Shown: positions 48,554-62,001, counted from the whole stretch's first letter. The stretch is DNA of 63,083 nt, filler included, from Folioceros fuciformis (GCA_049999805.1; 25 parts of 25 records of this genome joined end to end with filler, not necessarily neighbours in it), one strand, 5' to 3'. The notes: a model not told the origin generated them from the sequence alone. A program made the numbers and translations.

Positions 48554-49572
48554 CCTAATTCCCTCATACCCTCAGGAGGGGCCACTTCCATTTCTGGCAC
48601 TTGCTCCTGAGGTGCTTCTGGCTCCACCTCGTTGGGTTCATGCTCCGCTGGCTCTTGAGCAGCTCCCTGCTCCTCCTGAGCCTGCTCCGGGGCTGCCTCC
48701 TGTGGCGCTGACCCGCTTCCTCTCCAAGCAATTTGGCCACTGGCCCGTCTCCTCTTGGCGGGAGTCTTTTTCCCTGACCCTGCCTTCCTCTTCTGCGTGG
48801 CGAGGGTCCCCTCCTCCAAGCTGTCCACACCGCCCGACTCCCAGCTGCTGGAGTCGGCTTCTATTGGCTCAGCGGGCTTCCACTTCACATCCCTTATCGG
48901 CCTCCATATATGCAACGAGGCGAGCACCTCCAGTTCAGAGACAAAGTTAGCATAACAGTATATATGGATTAGAAAGGGAGAGATCATCGAAGGTCGAGGA
49001 GAGGACAAGGTCAGATTCTGCCTCTCCTCGTCCATCCTCGCATACAGGATTTTCCCCCAATCCACCTTGCTCCCCTTGACAACCTCGTGCACAAACAGGA
49101 GCATATGATCAGATAGATAATCCTGCTTGCGAACTTGTAGGAAACTCAAGAACCATCTAGCCAGACCCATCAGCTGGGGGTTGGCCATATCGCGGACCAG
49201 CCACCCATTAGCTTCCTTCTTGGTGCTTGGTTTGAGCAACACCTCGGCGTCCGCTGTGCCGCCACGTTTCTTCAGGGACTCCAGCACCAGTTCCCCCTCC
49301 TCCTGCTGATCGCGACCATACACCCGCCTCACCAGCTCCAGGTTCCATTCCTGGGGCCTGCCGCGGATTCCCTCTTCTGGGACGGGCTCTCTCATCTTCA
49401 AGACGGACTCCCTGACCAGTTGCGGCGCTGCATGGTTCCACCTCTGGGTCATGAACCTGAGGCCTAGTTCTCCGACCAGTCCTCCGGCTCTGACCCTCCA
49501 GTGCTCCATGTTGGGCCATAGGAGCACGTCAATCTTCGATAGAGGAGGTTCTCCCTCCTGCTTAGGCACCAT
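48554..49572 (-). CDS. TE-associated accessory protein, copy 2, N-terminal ~340 aa, truncated by the LTR
   Basis: Open frame; homologue at 38905-39268; TATAAAA at 49812-49818 upstream on the same strand. Confidence 0.72.
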
Positions 49573-50574
49573 TACTCATGGCAGCAACTTTGAACGAGAC
49601 CTCATCCTGCCTTATCTCCCCTGTGCTCCAAACACTGCTGCCCCCCTGCACCTGAGGTTGCCCGGTGTTCTCTGCTCGCTCTGCTCCACTGCCTTAGTGC
49701 CCGCTCCGCTCCCGTCTGTCGTCACGCTCCGCAGCTACTCCCGTCCTCGCTCAAACCCGCGGACGCTCCCACCTCGATTACTGCCCAGGTTCCCCTTGAC
49801 TCTCTCGAGGGTTTTATACTGCCGTTCCCGTTCCACTACCGCCGGTTGGGCTACCGCCGATTGCCCTTCCACGACGGTCGCCCAACCGGCTACCGTCGCC
49901 TAGTCACAACACCCCGCTTTTTTGCCTAAGTCCACAACTACCTAAGCCCCTACCCCACTCCCTATTTCCTTATTTTTCAGGGGGGGGGGGTTGGCATATA
50001 TAGACACCTGAGTTGTCCCCGAACCACCAAGGGCCAAGGACACTCTTGCTCACACCTCCCTTGGTCCTGTCACTCATTCCCAACGAAACACTAAGGGCAA
50101 AGGAGACTTTGGATATAAATACCAAGTCTTATTCACATACTAAGCCGATTCACTCGCATCTTCACAAAAAAAATCACAACCTGTTCATTTTGCTCTTCAA
50201 AATGGTGTGAGCTCTCGATCTTTGGGGACCAGGGTGGTCTATGGAGGCGGTTGTTGTGGAGACGGTGATGAAGGTTAGGAAAAGGTATCCCAGTGACCCT
50301 GACTTTGTGAAGAAAGGGACGAGAGAACAATTGTGGGCTGAGAGCTCAACTACTCCTACCTGGGTGAAAGGGGAGCTTGCTCAGTTCCGCCACCGAGCAG
50401 GCCGCCTCCTAGAGGTTATGGGAATCAGGGTGGATACGGGAACCAGGGGGGCTATGGTAATCTAGGATATAGATNNNNNNNNNNNNNNNNNNNNNNNNNN
50501 NNNNNNNNNNNNNNNNNNTTAATTAATTAANNNNNNNNNNNNNNNNNNNNNNNNNNNNNNNNNNNNNNNNNNNN

Positions 50575-53500
50575 GTGGGAGAGCTTGGAGAGTCGTCCTG
50601 CGCTGGTGGAGTAGCAAGACTGTCCGTTGCGGCTAGGGCTTCTAGACTATCTTGAGTGGCGGGGTCTGCAGGTGGCAGCGGGTCGAGTTGGGCAGGTCTT
50701 TGGATCACTGGCTTCAGCATACTCACATGGAAGGTGTGACACATGCGCCAACCGGTAGGCAGCTCCAGTGTGTAGGCAACTTCGTTTACCTTGAGCAAGA
50801 TCGTGAAGGGTCCTGCAAATCGATACGCCAACTTGTGTTTTTGCTAGAGAAGTGACGGATACCTGTGAGGGCGGATTCGCAACCACACTAGTTGTCTGAT
50901 GCTGTAGGAGATTTCCCGCCAGTGCTTGTTGCTCAATTTCTTGGCCCGGTCTTGAGCTAACAGGAGATTCTGCTTGGCCTTGTGGACCTCATGCCAGATG
51001 TCCTCTGCAACCTCGGCTGCACTTCTCCACTTGGCTTTGCTAGCTGGCCAAAGTGCGGGTGGTGGTGGATTCTCACCATACAGCAATTTGAAGGGGGATA
51101 CTCCCGTGGCGGCGTGCTTGGAGGTATTTTAGGCAAACTCGAGGAGGGGTAAGAGTTCCTCCCACTTGCCTTGCTTGTCTTGTGTGTAATGCCGCAGCAT
51201 GTCTTCAAGCACTTGGATTTGACGCTCTGTCTGACCATCTGACTTGGGGTGGCATGTGGAGGACAAGCTCTGTCGGATGCCCAGGGTTTCGGTGAAGGAC
51301 CGCCAGAACCCTGCTGTAAACTTGGGGTCCCGGTCTGAGACAATATTCTGGGGGCACCCGTGAAGCCTGAAGATCTCCTATGTGAATATGTTGGCCAGTC
51401 GTGGAGTTGTAATGTTGGAATTTACTGGAATGAGATGGCAGCACTTGGACATTCTGTCCATAACCACCCATATGCTGTCCTTTCTTGTATGACTGCAGGG
51501 AAGGACAGTCACAAAGTCCATGGAGATGGTCTGGAATCTTCCCTCGGGTACTTGTAAAGGTAACAACTGGTGTTTTCTGATGCTCTGGTTTTGTCTGTTG
51601 ACAGGAGGTGCAGCTTCTGACCCACTGTATGCAATCATTTCGCACGCCCTCCCAGTGGGAATGGGCTTTCACCCGCTCATAGGTTTTGTCGATACCTAGG
51701 TGTCCAGAGATGGGAGAGTCGTTCAGATTTTGCAGGATCCCTCTCTGGGTCTCCTTTAGCTGTTGAGGAATCACCAGTCGACCCTTCTTGTAAACACAAG
51801 CATCTTTGAGTTGGTAAGTCTGCATCAAAGCTGTGGGAATGCCTTCTGCTATGTCTTGTACTAACTACTGGTAGATCTGCTGCAGGTGTGGATCTCTTGG
51901 GATGGCTGCTCGGACGAGCCTGATGGTATGTAGTTGAGAGGTTATCAGAGTGAGAGCTCGCCTGCTGAGGGCATATGCTACCGAGTTAGAGGCTCCAGTG
52001 ATGTACTTAATCTCAAAGTTAAAATCAGCTAAGTATTCTGACCACCTCCGCTGTCGTGCATTCAAGTTGGGTTGGGTGAAGAAGTGCTGGAGGGAATGGT
52101 GATCCGTGTGCACTGTGAACCTCTGTCCCAGTAGGTAATGTCTCCAGACCTTGAGTGCATGGATGATGGCAAGCAGTTCTTTGTCATGAACTGGGTAATT
52201 AACTTGTGCTCCCTGGAGCTTGTGGGACTCGTAGGCAATCGCCCATCCCTCCTGGGACAGAACAGCCCCAAGGGCGAGATCTGATGCATCTGTGTGCACA
52301 TGATAGATCCCCTTGGGATCTGCCACCACCAAAACCGGCCCTGAGCTCAGAGCTTGTTTCAGTTGGGTGAAGGCTAGCTGTGTTGCTGCATCCAGATTGG
52401 AAGATTTGCTGGGGAACTGTTTCAGGGCGTCGGTCAGGGGTAAGGCAATCTTACTGAACCCCTGGATAAACCGGCGGTAGAATCCTGCAAGTCCTAGGAA
52501 CCCTCTGATTTGGGTGATGTCTGTGGGTAATGACCATGTTGTGACTGCCTGGACCTTGCAGGGGTCCATCCCTCGTGACGATGTGTCCTAGGTAGTCCAC
52601 TTCCTTGCGCATGAAGGTGCACTTGCTCCTCTTGGCTAACATGTGGTGCTTTCACAGGAGTAATAGGACAACTCTAACCAGGTTTATGTGGGTCTCTGCA
52701 TTTGCAAAATGGATTAGGATGTCGTCGAGGAACACTTCTACGCCCTGCCCCAACAACGGCTGGAGGATGTCCTGCATCAGGCACTGGAAGGTTGCCGGTG
52801 CATTGGTGAGCCCCATGGGCATCACCACCCACTCATAGTGGCCATGGCGGGTTCTGAATGCTGTCTTGTGCTCATCCCCTTTCTTAACCCGTATCTGGTA
52901 GAAGCCAGAACGTAGGTCAATCTTGGTAAACCATGTAGAACCATGTAGCTGGTCTAGAATCTCATCGATTCTAGGCATTTGGTACATGTTCTTCACTGTG
53001 GCCCTATTTAGGCCTCTGTAATCTATACAGAGCCTCCAGCCACCGTTTGGCTTCGCCACTAGCAGCACCAGGGCTCCCTAAGGTGAGACAGATGGACGCA
53101 CAAAGCCTTGAGCCAAGAAGGCGTCAACTTATTTTTTTATCTCTACATTCTCCATGACTGACGTTCGGTATGGTGGAATGCTTACAGGTTTTGAGCCTGC
53201 TACAAGGTCGATGCTATGGTCCACTGGTCTCTAGGAGGAAGCTCTGCAGGGTCAGCAAACAACTCATTGAATTCTGTCAACAGTGACTTCATTTCCTCAG
53301 GAAGGGCTTCTTCCTCTCGAGCCTACTTCTCTGCTCGAGTTTTTGCTGTGCCTTCCAATGGGGAGACCTTTTTCATCTTGGCTATGTACAAGAAGCTGCC
53401 GTGGGCAGTTGCTTTATGTAATGTTGAGACAGCGAACAAGTGTTTGTCGGGGATGTAGGTTTCTCCTACTAACTTGTATTGCTGGTGGCCCACTTGCAGA

Positions 53501-55642
53501 CTTACTACATTGTTCAGCAGCCAGTCGATCTTGAGGTGCTAAGAATGGGCAGCTAACCAAGGCTTTCCTACGATCACATCATGGACTAGGCTAGGCATCA
53601 CAACCAGCTTCAACTCCTCAGTGTACCCCCTGGGAAAGTAAGGTGAGCTTCTACCCACTTCTCTGAGCTAGTATCCTTCTTCCCTAAGGCTGTCACTACT
53701 GTGGATAGCTAACCGGAGTCCTGGATGTGCAGATTTGCTCTATGAGCCATAGCTTCAAAGATATAGTGGTGGCTAGCCCCACTGTCCAGTAGGGCTGTGA
53801 CCGTGGCGCCCTCCAACAGCATCCTGAACTTGAGGGGGACATGGTGCAGGTTACAAGCATTTAACAAACAACAACCATTGCACCTGATGAGGGCTCTTCT
53901 TCAACTTCCTCGAGGGTGACCGAATGGCTCCTGCGGGGGTAGGGGTTGCTGTGAATGGGGCCGCTCCTGGTGGTGTTGCCTGTCTCCTTCAACCAAGCAA
54001 TGAACTCCTTACGGTGTGGGCAATTTCGAGAACCATTGTCAGTACCTGTACAGGTAAAACACATTTTTTTGTCGCTGTATTCCTTCTTCTCCTCTTCTGT
54101 CAAGATCTTGAACGCAGGCTTTTTGTTCACCACATTGGCTGTCCTCCCAAACTTCGGTCTCTAACCCGTGGGTGTGCCCAAGTGCTTGTACTTGTTCAGG
54201 CCATAGTTCATGGCAGCTCGGATCGCCTCTGCCAGAGTTCTAGGATTTGTCTAGTTGACGTTTGTGCGTAGCTCAAACCGGAGTCCGTCAATGAACTTTT
54301 CCACCTTCTGCTCTTCGTCCATCCTCGGCATATCCAGGGTGAGTTGGAGGAACTTGTCGCAATACTCCTGCACACTGCCCTGTTGATAAATTTTCCTAAA
54401 CTGATGATACAGCTCCTTCCTGTGGTTGACGGGAAGGAACTGTTCTAGAAAAATTTGGCGGAACAGGGGCCATGAGTACACCGGGGACTCCATTCCGAGG
54501 TCCACCTGTTTCTCCCGTTGTCGCCACCAGCGATATGCATATCCGTCCAAGGACATCACACAAAACTGAATCTTCTGGAGGTCATCCTTCTCACTGGCTG
54601 CGAGGTACTCGTCCATCTTATCTAGCCAGTCGTACACGCTTTGGGCTTCCTTGGCTTGGCCGTCAAAAGTGGTGGTCTTGATCTTCCGTTGGAGCTCTCG
54701 GTCTAGTTGTGGTTTGGGCTTAAACAAGTACTCGTGTTCTTCAGGTGCTCCTCCTCCTGCTTTACCTCTTTGTCACTCCCAGTGTTCATACCGCATCAGC
54801 TGTAACCTCTTGACCATTGCCTTGATGTCCTTGTCCTTCTTCTCTGCAGGTGTGAGTTCGATTTCGAGCCTCCTCTTCTCTTCCTGCTCGGCGCTCAACT
54901 CCCTGTCTTGGGAAGGCCCCGGGGAAACTCCCTTCGTTTCTCCAATCTCCCTTTTGCTTGCAGTGCCTTCAACGAGCGTCTCCAATCGACGAATGGAGCC
55001 GGGTGGAGGCGTTGGGGGACCGGACGTGGGAGGCGGGGAGTGTTCCAGCGATTGGAGCACCCCATTGAGTTGTCTTTCCAGACGGGCTTGACCCTCCCCC
55101 ACTTGCGACTCAACCCGAGTCAGCAAGGTTTCTACCTTCTCCAGTTTCGAGTCTTGCCGAGACATGGCACTGTACAGTTCAGCACAGGTGCATTCTACTC
55201 TCTCTATTCTATCTTCCAACCTTTGTAGAAGGTCGCCCGGTGTTGGTTCTCCCTGTCCGGGGGCTAACCTGCCTGGATCGTGGATGGGTGCAGGTCAGGA
55301 TCCCGCGTGGGCGCCCTGCTTCCTCGGGTGGCCTTGCATCCTGGCCACCGGTTCACTGTCGTATTCAACGGCACCCGCGTCCACTCTCACCTCCAGCTCC
55401 TCGTCTTCAGTCGGCGGAAGGGTGTCCGCCTGAGATTCTTGCAGATGCGGGTCGCCTGCCATCCCGCGGCGTCGCCTTCTAGGTTCTTCCTCTCGCCTTG
55501 GAGCATGCAGGGAGAATTCTTCTTCTTGCCGGGTTCTCGATCGCAGGCATCCTGCGATCCCTCTGGATGAGTCTTCTCCCTCACTCCCGCTGGACATCGC
55601 CCGCAGGACAGTTTGCAACCTTCTGGGTACGAAATCGCTCAT
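50575..55642 (-). pseudogene. Ty3/gypsy (chromovirus-type) gag-pol, degenerate
   Basis: Gag AYRWW..QQGSVQEY; LLDSGASH protease; WRLCIDYRGLN, FLDD; TDASD; HLGIDKT..CTSCQ; ISMDFVT; RFAGPF..FHVSMLKP. Confidence 0.96.
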
Positions 55643-55872
55643 GGCTTTTGTTGTCCTGCAGGAACAAGGTGGTGCTGTCTCCTCTATTCAGGACTTTCCC
55701 AAGGCAATTTCGAACTCCTCTCTCTGGTCCGCCGGAGCGCTAATGTTGGGCAACCCAATAGGTAGGCTCCTTGGCTGTGCGTTGCTGTTTCTCTTCAGTA
55801 TCCTCCGCCTGACTCTGTGAATTCTTGATGTTGGTGAGGTCGCCACAAATCACCGCTGGCTTTGGCGTGAGG

Positions 55873-56147
55873 TGTAGGGTTATTAAAGCCTAATGTGCTT
55901 AGACTAATGTGTTTAGTCTAAGATTAGTGTCTAGTTAAGTATCATTAGTTTAGATTAGCTTAAGCTAATCTGTAGGAAGCTTCTTGTGAAGCTTCCTAGG
56001 GAGCTCTTCTAGAGGGTATAAATACCCCCTTGAGCTCCCTTGCCAACCACACTCTCAATGTGACCTCTTTTTCTCCTCTCCTCTCTGCCTCCTCTTCTCC
56101 TCTCCTCCACCATGCTCCTCTAGTAATCCTACAAGTGGTATCAGAGC
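55873..56147 (+). mobile_element. Copia family A 5' LTR (55873-56133) + PBS (56136-56147)
   Basis: TGTAGG..CCTACA, TGGTATCAGAGC. Confidence 0.95.
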
Positions 56148-56290
56148 AGGTTGTGGAGCAAGACCATGAAGATGGCCATCTAGGAGGGGGNNNNNNNNNN
56201 NNNNNNNNNNNNNNNNNNNNNNNNNNNNNNNNNNTTAATTAATTAANNNNNNNNNNNNNNNNNNNNNNNNNNNNNNNNNNNNNNNNNNNN

Positions 56291-56995
56291 GCCTTGCGTG
56301 AACCAGATTGTCTCATGCTCCGTGTCCTTACAGACTCTTGACTGTCTGCCCACAAAGCTCCCGTGAGATTTCCTGTCAATTCCTTCCCTACTGCCAAGCT
56401 AGGGTTAGCACACTTTCTTGCAGCTGCTGAGGCTATTGCAGCTGTTGCCTCCACTTGTCAGCCCTTCCACAGAGCTCTGGGGATCAACAGCTAGTCCAGT
56501 AAGCTGACAGGGCCTTGTCGCCCTTCTCCTCACTTCCTGCACACACCGATATGAGAGTTAGCTGCCGGGACGCTTGCTGCCGATCTCCCTCCAAGCTGCT
56601 CCAACTTCTCGTAGCTGCTCTAGCTTCTGGTGTGCACTCTTGCTGCCTCTTGCAGCACCTCCTACGCCGATCTTGCACCGCCTGCACCGGGCTCTGATAC
56701 CATGTCAATAAGATCGACTCCAGTCTACGTGCAAGTGTAGGAGAGGAGAGGAGAGAAGAGAGGGTGGTATTGGTGATCACAACCATGAAAACAATACACA
56801 TCACCATTGTCTTACTATGGAGGTCCGAGGTCTCCATTTAAGTAGTACATTTAGGGCTACACAACTTCCAGGTTCAATATGGGATAATCTACACTATCCT
56901 AAGTTCACTAATAACTAGAACTAGTCTAGTATGAACCCAACTGGGATAACTAACACCACATGAGTTTAGCTCATATAGAGCTCGATAACTCAACA
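56291..56995 (-). mobile_element. Copia family B 5' LTR (56703-56995), PBS (56691-56702) and 5' UTR
   Basis: Reverse complement of 11201-11940. Confidence 0.95.
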
Positions 56996-57144
56996 AAGAA
57001 TACTCAACATTTGTTGAGCACGGAACGTGGGATTTGGTTCAATTGCCTGATGGCAAGGTTCCTATTGTTTCTAAGTGGGTGTACAAGCTGAAGTTCAAGT
57101 CAAATGGAATGCTGGAGCGTTACAAGGCCATGTTGGTTGCAAAG
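56996..57144 (+). pseudogene. Copia RT start fragment
   Basis: EHGTWDLVQLP..SKWVYKLK..RYKAMLVAK. Confidence 0.85.
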
Positions 57145-57790
57145 TGTGGGGGGAAATATTGCACCCGGGGGTGCTGCGAGGTCCACACAAACCCTCGTTG
57201 TCGTTATAGGATTGGGATTCGATCCCAAGGGAATGATTTGTGTCAAATAACACAGGTTTCTTCTAAAAGTCAGTTACTACCTAGGTTGGACTTCAACTAC
57301 CCCGGCTCCACTACCTACAGGTTCATCTACCCCTACCTCCGTCCGTGGACTACCTAACAAACATACTCGGCTACTAGGGTGGGGGTCCCTACAACTACCG
57401 ACCCTTCAACTACCGAGGTAGGGGCTCAGCTACCGGTAGCCACTTCGGCTACCTCTGTGGTGGGTCCCACCCCAAACCCTAACTAATTATTTCCGGCACA
57501 GTCGCCGCCGCGGGTTTCCACCCACGGGTTTCTGTCCTAGACCTTCCAGATTCACATAGCTGGCTTATTCCATGCTCCTCACACATGCAAGGGCTGATCC
57601 TTGGGGAACAAAGCCTTGCGGATCAGCCACACCTCCCCACACACTCATGCACACTCCACTCACACACAAAACACACATAAGAGCTCTGGACCACAATTAT
57701 TCTCACAGGCCTGCCCCTAAGGGCTTCAATCTTCAGCAATGCCCACCAATCTTCAGCAAATCCTTCACAACTCTTCACAATCTCTCATGG
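57145..57790 (-). mobile_element. 3' part of a TGTGG-type gypsy LTR
   Basis: Homologous to the reverse complement of ~44480-44873. Confidence 0.75.
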
Positions 57791-58784
57791 GCTTGACACA
57801 AGTCTCACACCATGAGAGGTGTTGAATGTGAGAGAGGCAGGGTGTATGATATAAATTTTCTGCCTTAGATATTTTTACTAATTTTTGACTATTTGGATGA
57901 AAAAGACGACAATGCCATAACATTGTGGGAGAGAGACTTTGAGAAGAACTGGCGACATGAGAAGATTGTTGACCTCCTACTAGAACAGACAATTTATAAA
58001 GGCCATCTTCTAAAGTACCACTACAAATGATATGATCGCTATCACCTACATGAGAGAGAAAGCAACTATCTGTAAAAAGGGTCACCTGCATGGAACGGGT
58101 TTGACAAATACTTGCAACTGATAATAAATTCTTGCACATTGATGAAACATGGAGAACTTGGTGGAGGTGGAGGACTTGTCCTGAATCACATGTTAGTACG
58201 ACAGAACCAGTACCTTCAATAGGTAGGTTGTGATCATCTCCCAAGAGGACAGGTTGATGTCCTGTGGTTGGTGAGTATGACTAAAAATAACTTCTGTTGT
58301 AACATATATGTGACGTTGCTCCACTGTCTAAATACCATGAGGTATGAGCAGGTTTGGATGATGCCAAACATACAGTGAGCACTGTTGGAGTTGATGAAGA
58401 TTGCTTTTTGGAAGCTACATTAACTCCTTGTGAAGCCTCCTTGCGAGGTTCACCATTCTTCTTTTTGCGACAATCCTTTTTTTGTATGATTAGGAATCCT
58501 GCACCAATTGCATATAATGCCGCTCTTCTTTTTACCCTTTGAAGGTGTGGATGAAGAACTCTCTCCAATGTTGGTACTCGACGAAGAACATGGAGGACGT
58601 TGGGAAGAAAAACCTCGGCCTCTGCCTCGGCCTCTGCCTCGTCCTCTTCCTCTGCCTCTCTGCAAGTACATTACTTGTTGTTTATTAGGCCTGGAGTGAG
58701 AATGGCGCCTACTTGCCTCCTCCTGTAGAAGTGCTCCGATCAATTCAGAAACACTTATGTCAAAACCCTTTGTCCCATCATCTG
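57791..58784 (-). pseudogene. Copia gag-protease-preintegrase (KKKNGEP) with an RG repeat
   Basis: (RG)7, CNWCRIPNH, WYLDSGATSHIC, LWHCRLFHP, CETC. Confidence 0.9.
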
Positions 58785-58884
58785 NNNNNNNNNNNNNNNN
58801 NNNNNNNNNNNNNNNNNNNNNNNNNNNNTTAATTAATTAANNNNNNNNNNNNNNNNNNNNNNNNNNNNNNNNNNNNNNNNNNNN

Positions 58885-59644
58885 GGTGCCAAGGAACACA
58901 CTTTGACCTAAGCGGCACCGCGTACACAGCAATGCTGAAGATCTTCATAAGCTCAGTGTTCTCAACGTTCAATACAAACGGTATGTGTGCAAGGGTCTTT
59001 TTCGGAAGTTAGCTCGTGTGCATGATCGTTTGCGCGTGCATGACACTGGGATGACTGTGAACTAGTTGACTTGTTTAAATTGTTAAAATGTTGCGGTGAA
59101 TTTGTTTAACTTACAAGCCCATATGCATGCACATGATACTGTATATGAATAGGGTGCCTTGCATGTACGGTGGTGACATCGCGTTTGAGGTCGACAAGGG
59201 ATCCAACCCATTTTACTTGGCTTTCATCGTCAAATATGTGGGAGGCCTAGGAGATCTCTCAGCAGTGAGCATTCAACAGGTAAGCAGTTACTAGTGGATA
59301 AGGTTTTAATAAATGGTTTTAGGGTGCTTAGGATCGCTTTCATGAATTCGTTCATGGTTGAATACCACCTCGCTAAATCAGTTAGCTAGAATTATAACAC
59401 GATTATCATATATACTTATGTTCATCTCATTCTCTGTACAGAGTGGAACAAGCACTTGGGTTCCAACGGTTCATACTTGGGGTGCAAATTGGCACATCTA
59501 ATCAAGCTCTCCCATTCAAGGGCCCATTAGCATTCAACTAACGAGACCAACTTGGAACATGAGACAATCATTGCCTCCAATGTCATACCTGCCGGCTGGC
59601 AACCTAGAGGGTTGTGCACTTCAACGGTGCAATTTCAAAACTAG
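58885..59644 (+). pseudogene. EXPB: Beta-expansin pseudogene, last three exons
   Basis: HFDLSGTA; RVPCMYGGDIAFEVDKGSNPFYLAF; WGANW, NVIPAGW; stop at 59499 and frameshifts. Confidence 0.88.
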
Positions 59645-60349
59645 GTTGAAAATGAAGTGTTACAGACTATCCTGAAAAGTGAACGGAACAATGTAGGTGT
59701 GAGATATGGTGGGGCCAATTAATTTGTTGTGTTCAAAACACGTCGACGTTGCACCCAATTCCACATTGGGGTTCATTCGCATTTTGACAATGTCGTATTC
59801 ATGGCTGCATTGCTTCATTTAAATTGCAATCATTGCACAAATGTATGATGTTCAAAATGGTTGCAAATTATTGTTTTTCCTCTTCCTTCTACCACCAAGT
59901 CCCTAGTGAAGGCAATGGCAGGCAGCGAGTCAGGACAAAAGAGCAACTGTAATAGTAAATGTCAAGAACTACTAGTATCAAGCTGTGAGCACCACTACAT
60001 AAGTTCAATAAATTCGATGCGAGCGGGTGATCTCCCTCACACATAGACTCCTCACATGAGGGATATAATGATAGGAGTAGGTGCTCTCACGCGAGCAACT
60101 CACGCAAGGGAGGAGCGGGTGCTCCCACGCGGGGAGCTCACAAAAGGGAGGTTGTCATGCTGTTGCTGTATGAAGAACATAGCACCTAAGACTTTATGAC
60201 TGGATACTGACTAGAGCATCCTGGGCATAAGCCTTGATGCTGAAGTGCTNNNNNNNNNNNNNNNNNNNNNNNNNNNNNNNNNNNNNNNNNNNNTTAATTA
60301 ATTAANNNNNNNNNNNNNNNNNNNNNNNNNNNNNNNNNNNNNNNNNNNN

Positions 60350-60424
60350 ATCACCAATACCACCCTCTCTTCTCTCCTCTCCTCTCCTACACTTGCACGT
60401 AGATTGGAGTCGATCCTATTGACA
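60350..60424 (+). mobile_element. 3' end of a copia family B LTR
   Basis: Matches 48480-48553. Confidence 0.9.
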
Positions 60425-61532
60425 TCTCGGGTCTTTTTTTATACAGCAACCCATACGTTGGTGTTCCCTTCAAATACCGCATAATTCTTTGAACAGCTGA
60501 CCAATGAGGGCGTCCATAATTTGTGAGGAACTGTGCAGTAGCTCCCACTGCTTGAGACAGCTCAGGTCTGGTCCAGTTCCGGCAATATATAAGCGTGCAT
60601 ACAGCTGGTCTGTAAGGAACCAGTTCCATTTCTTGTCTTTCTGCCTCCGACTTCGGGCACTGTTCCAGAGTGAGTTTTTCTCCCACTGCAAGTGGTGTTG
60701 CTGCAGGTTTGTAGTCTAACATTCTGAACCTTATCAGGACTTGTCTAATGAATTGGCTCTGATGTATGAACACCGTATGCATTGATAGGTCTTGGACTAT
60801 CTGTACTCCAAGAAAGTATGTGAGCTGGCCCACATCCGTCATGCTAAACTATGAAGTAAGAATTCCCTTCACTTTGTCCATAAGCGCAGGGCTACTAGCG
60901 ATGATCATTGCATCATCTACATAGAGCGCCAGGTACACCACCCCATTCTTGTCGTACGAGACATATAAATTGCTGTCAGAATCACTCTGGACAAACCCCG
61001 AGTCCTTCAGGTATTTGTCTATACGCTTATACCAGGCCCTTGGAGACTGCTTCAAGCCGTATATAGTCTTTATAAGTCTGCATACCTTTTGTGGGTACTG
61101 TTTGTCCTCGAAACCCTCAGGTTGCCGCATGTAGATAGTTTCCTCCAAGTTACCATTTAAGAATGCCATCTTGACATCCATGTGGTGCATTTTGTAGTCA
61201 TGTTGAGCAGCTATGGCTAACAAGGTTCTAACTGAGGTTGCTCTTACTACAGGTGAGAACGTCTCAATGTAGTCCAAGCCTTCTACTTGGCTATATCCTC
61301 TAGCAACAAGACGTGCCTTATACCGAGCGATAGTACCAACCTGGGCTAACTTCTTTTTGAATACCCATTTACATGTGACAGCCTTGCGGCCTGGAGGTAG
61401 GTCCACCATCTCCCATGTTTTATTGTCTATTAGAGACCAGTTTTCAGACTGTATGGCCTCAACCCATTTTGAGGCCTCATGTGAGCTGATAGCTTCTTTA
61501 TATGATTGTGGCTCACTTAGATCCACAGGTTC
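60425..61532 (-). pseudogene. Copia reverse transcriptase
   Basis: EPQSYKEA, YKARLVARG, HMDVK, YGLKQ, LYVDD. Confidence 0.95.
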
Positions 61533-61632
61533 NNNNNNNNNNNNNNNNNNNNNNNNNNNNNNNNNNNNNNNNNNNNTTAATTAATTAANNNNNNNNNNNN
61601 NNNNNNNNNNNNNNNNNNNNNNNNNNNNNNNN

Positions 61633-62001
61633 ATGATTGGACATCCTCGTCCCTTCCTTCATCTTCAAGTCCACCAGCTGTTTCAACCAATACACCTGAG
61701 AAGCCGCACTTTGCTTCTCATACAAGTCACACAGCTTCTGCCATAGCTCGAAACTTGTGGTCTTGTCTTTCACGTTGAAGTAGACCGACTTCGACACTGT
61801 TAGCATGATGGTAGACATAGCAAGCTCATCTAGATCCTGCCACTCATCCTGAGTCATGCTAACATGTTTCACTCCTAGCAGCTTGATGGGCTTGATCTGC
61901 TTCTTCTGTACTAGAACATTATACACTTGTTCTTTCCACAACGGGAAGTTAGTACCATCTAACTTCTCGATATTGAACATGACGTTTTCTGAGGATGTCA
62001 T
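61633..62001 (-). CDS. Copia family A gag N-terminus (Tnt1-like)
   Basis: FNIEKLDGTNFPLWK..LWQKLCDLYEK..LKMKEG downstream of the family A LTR/PBS. Confidence 0.92.
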
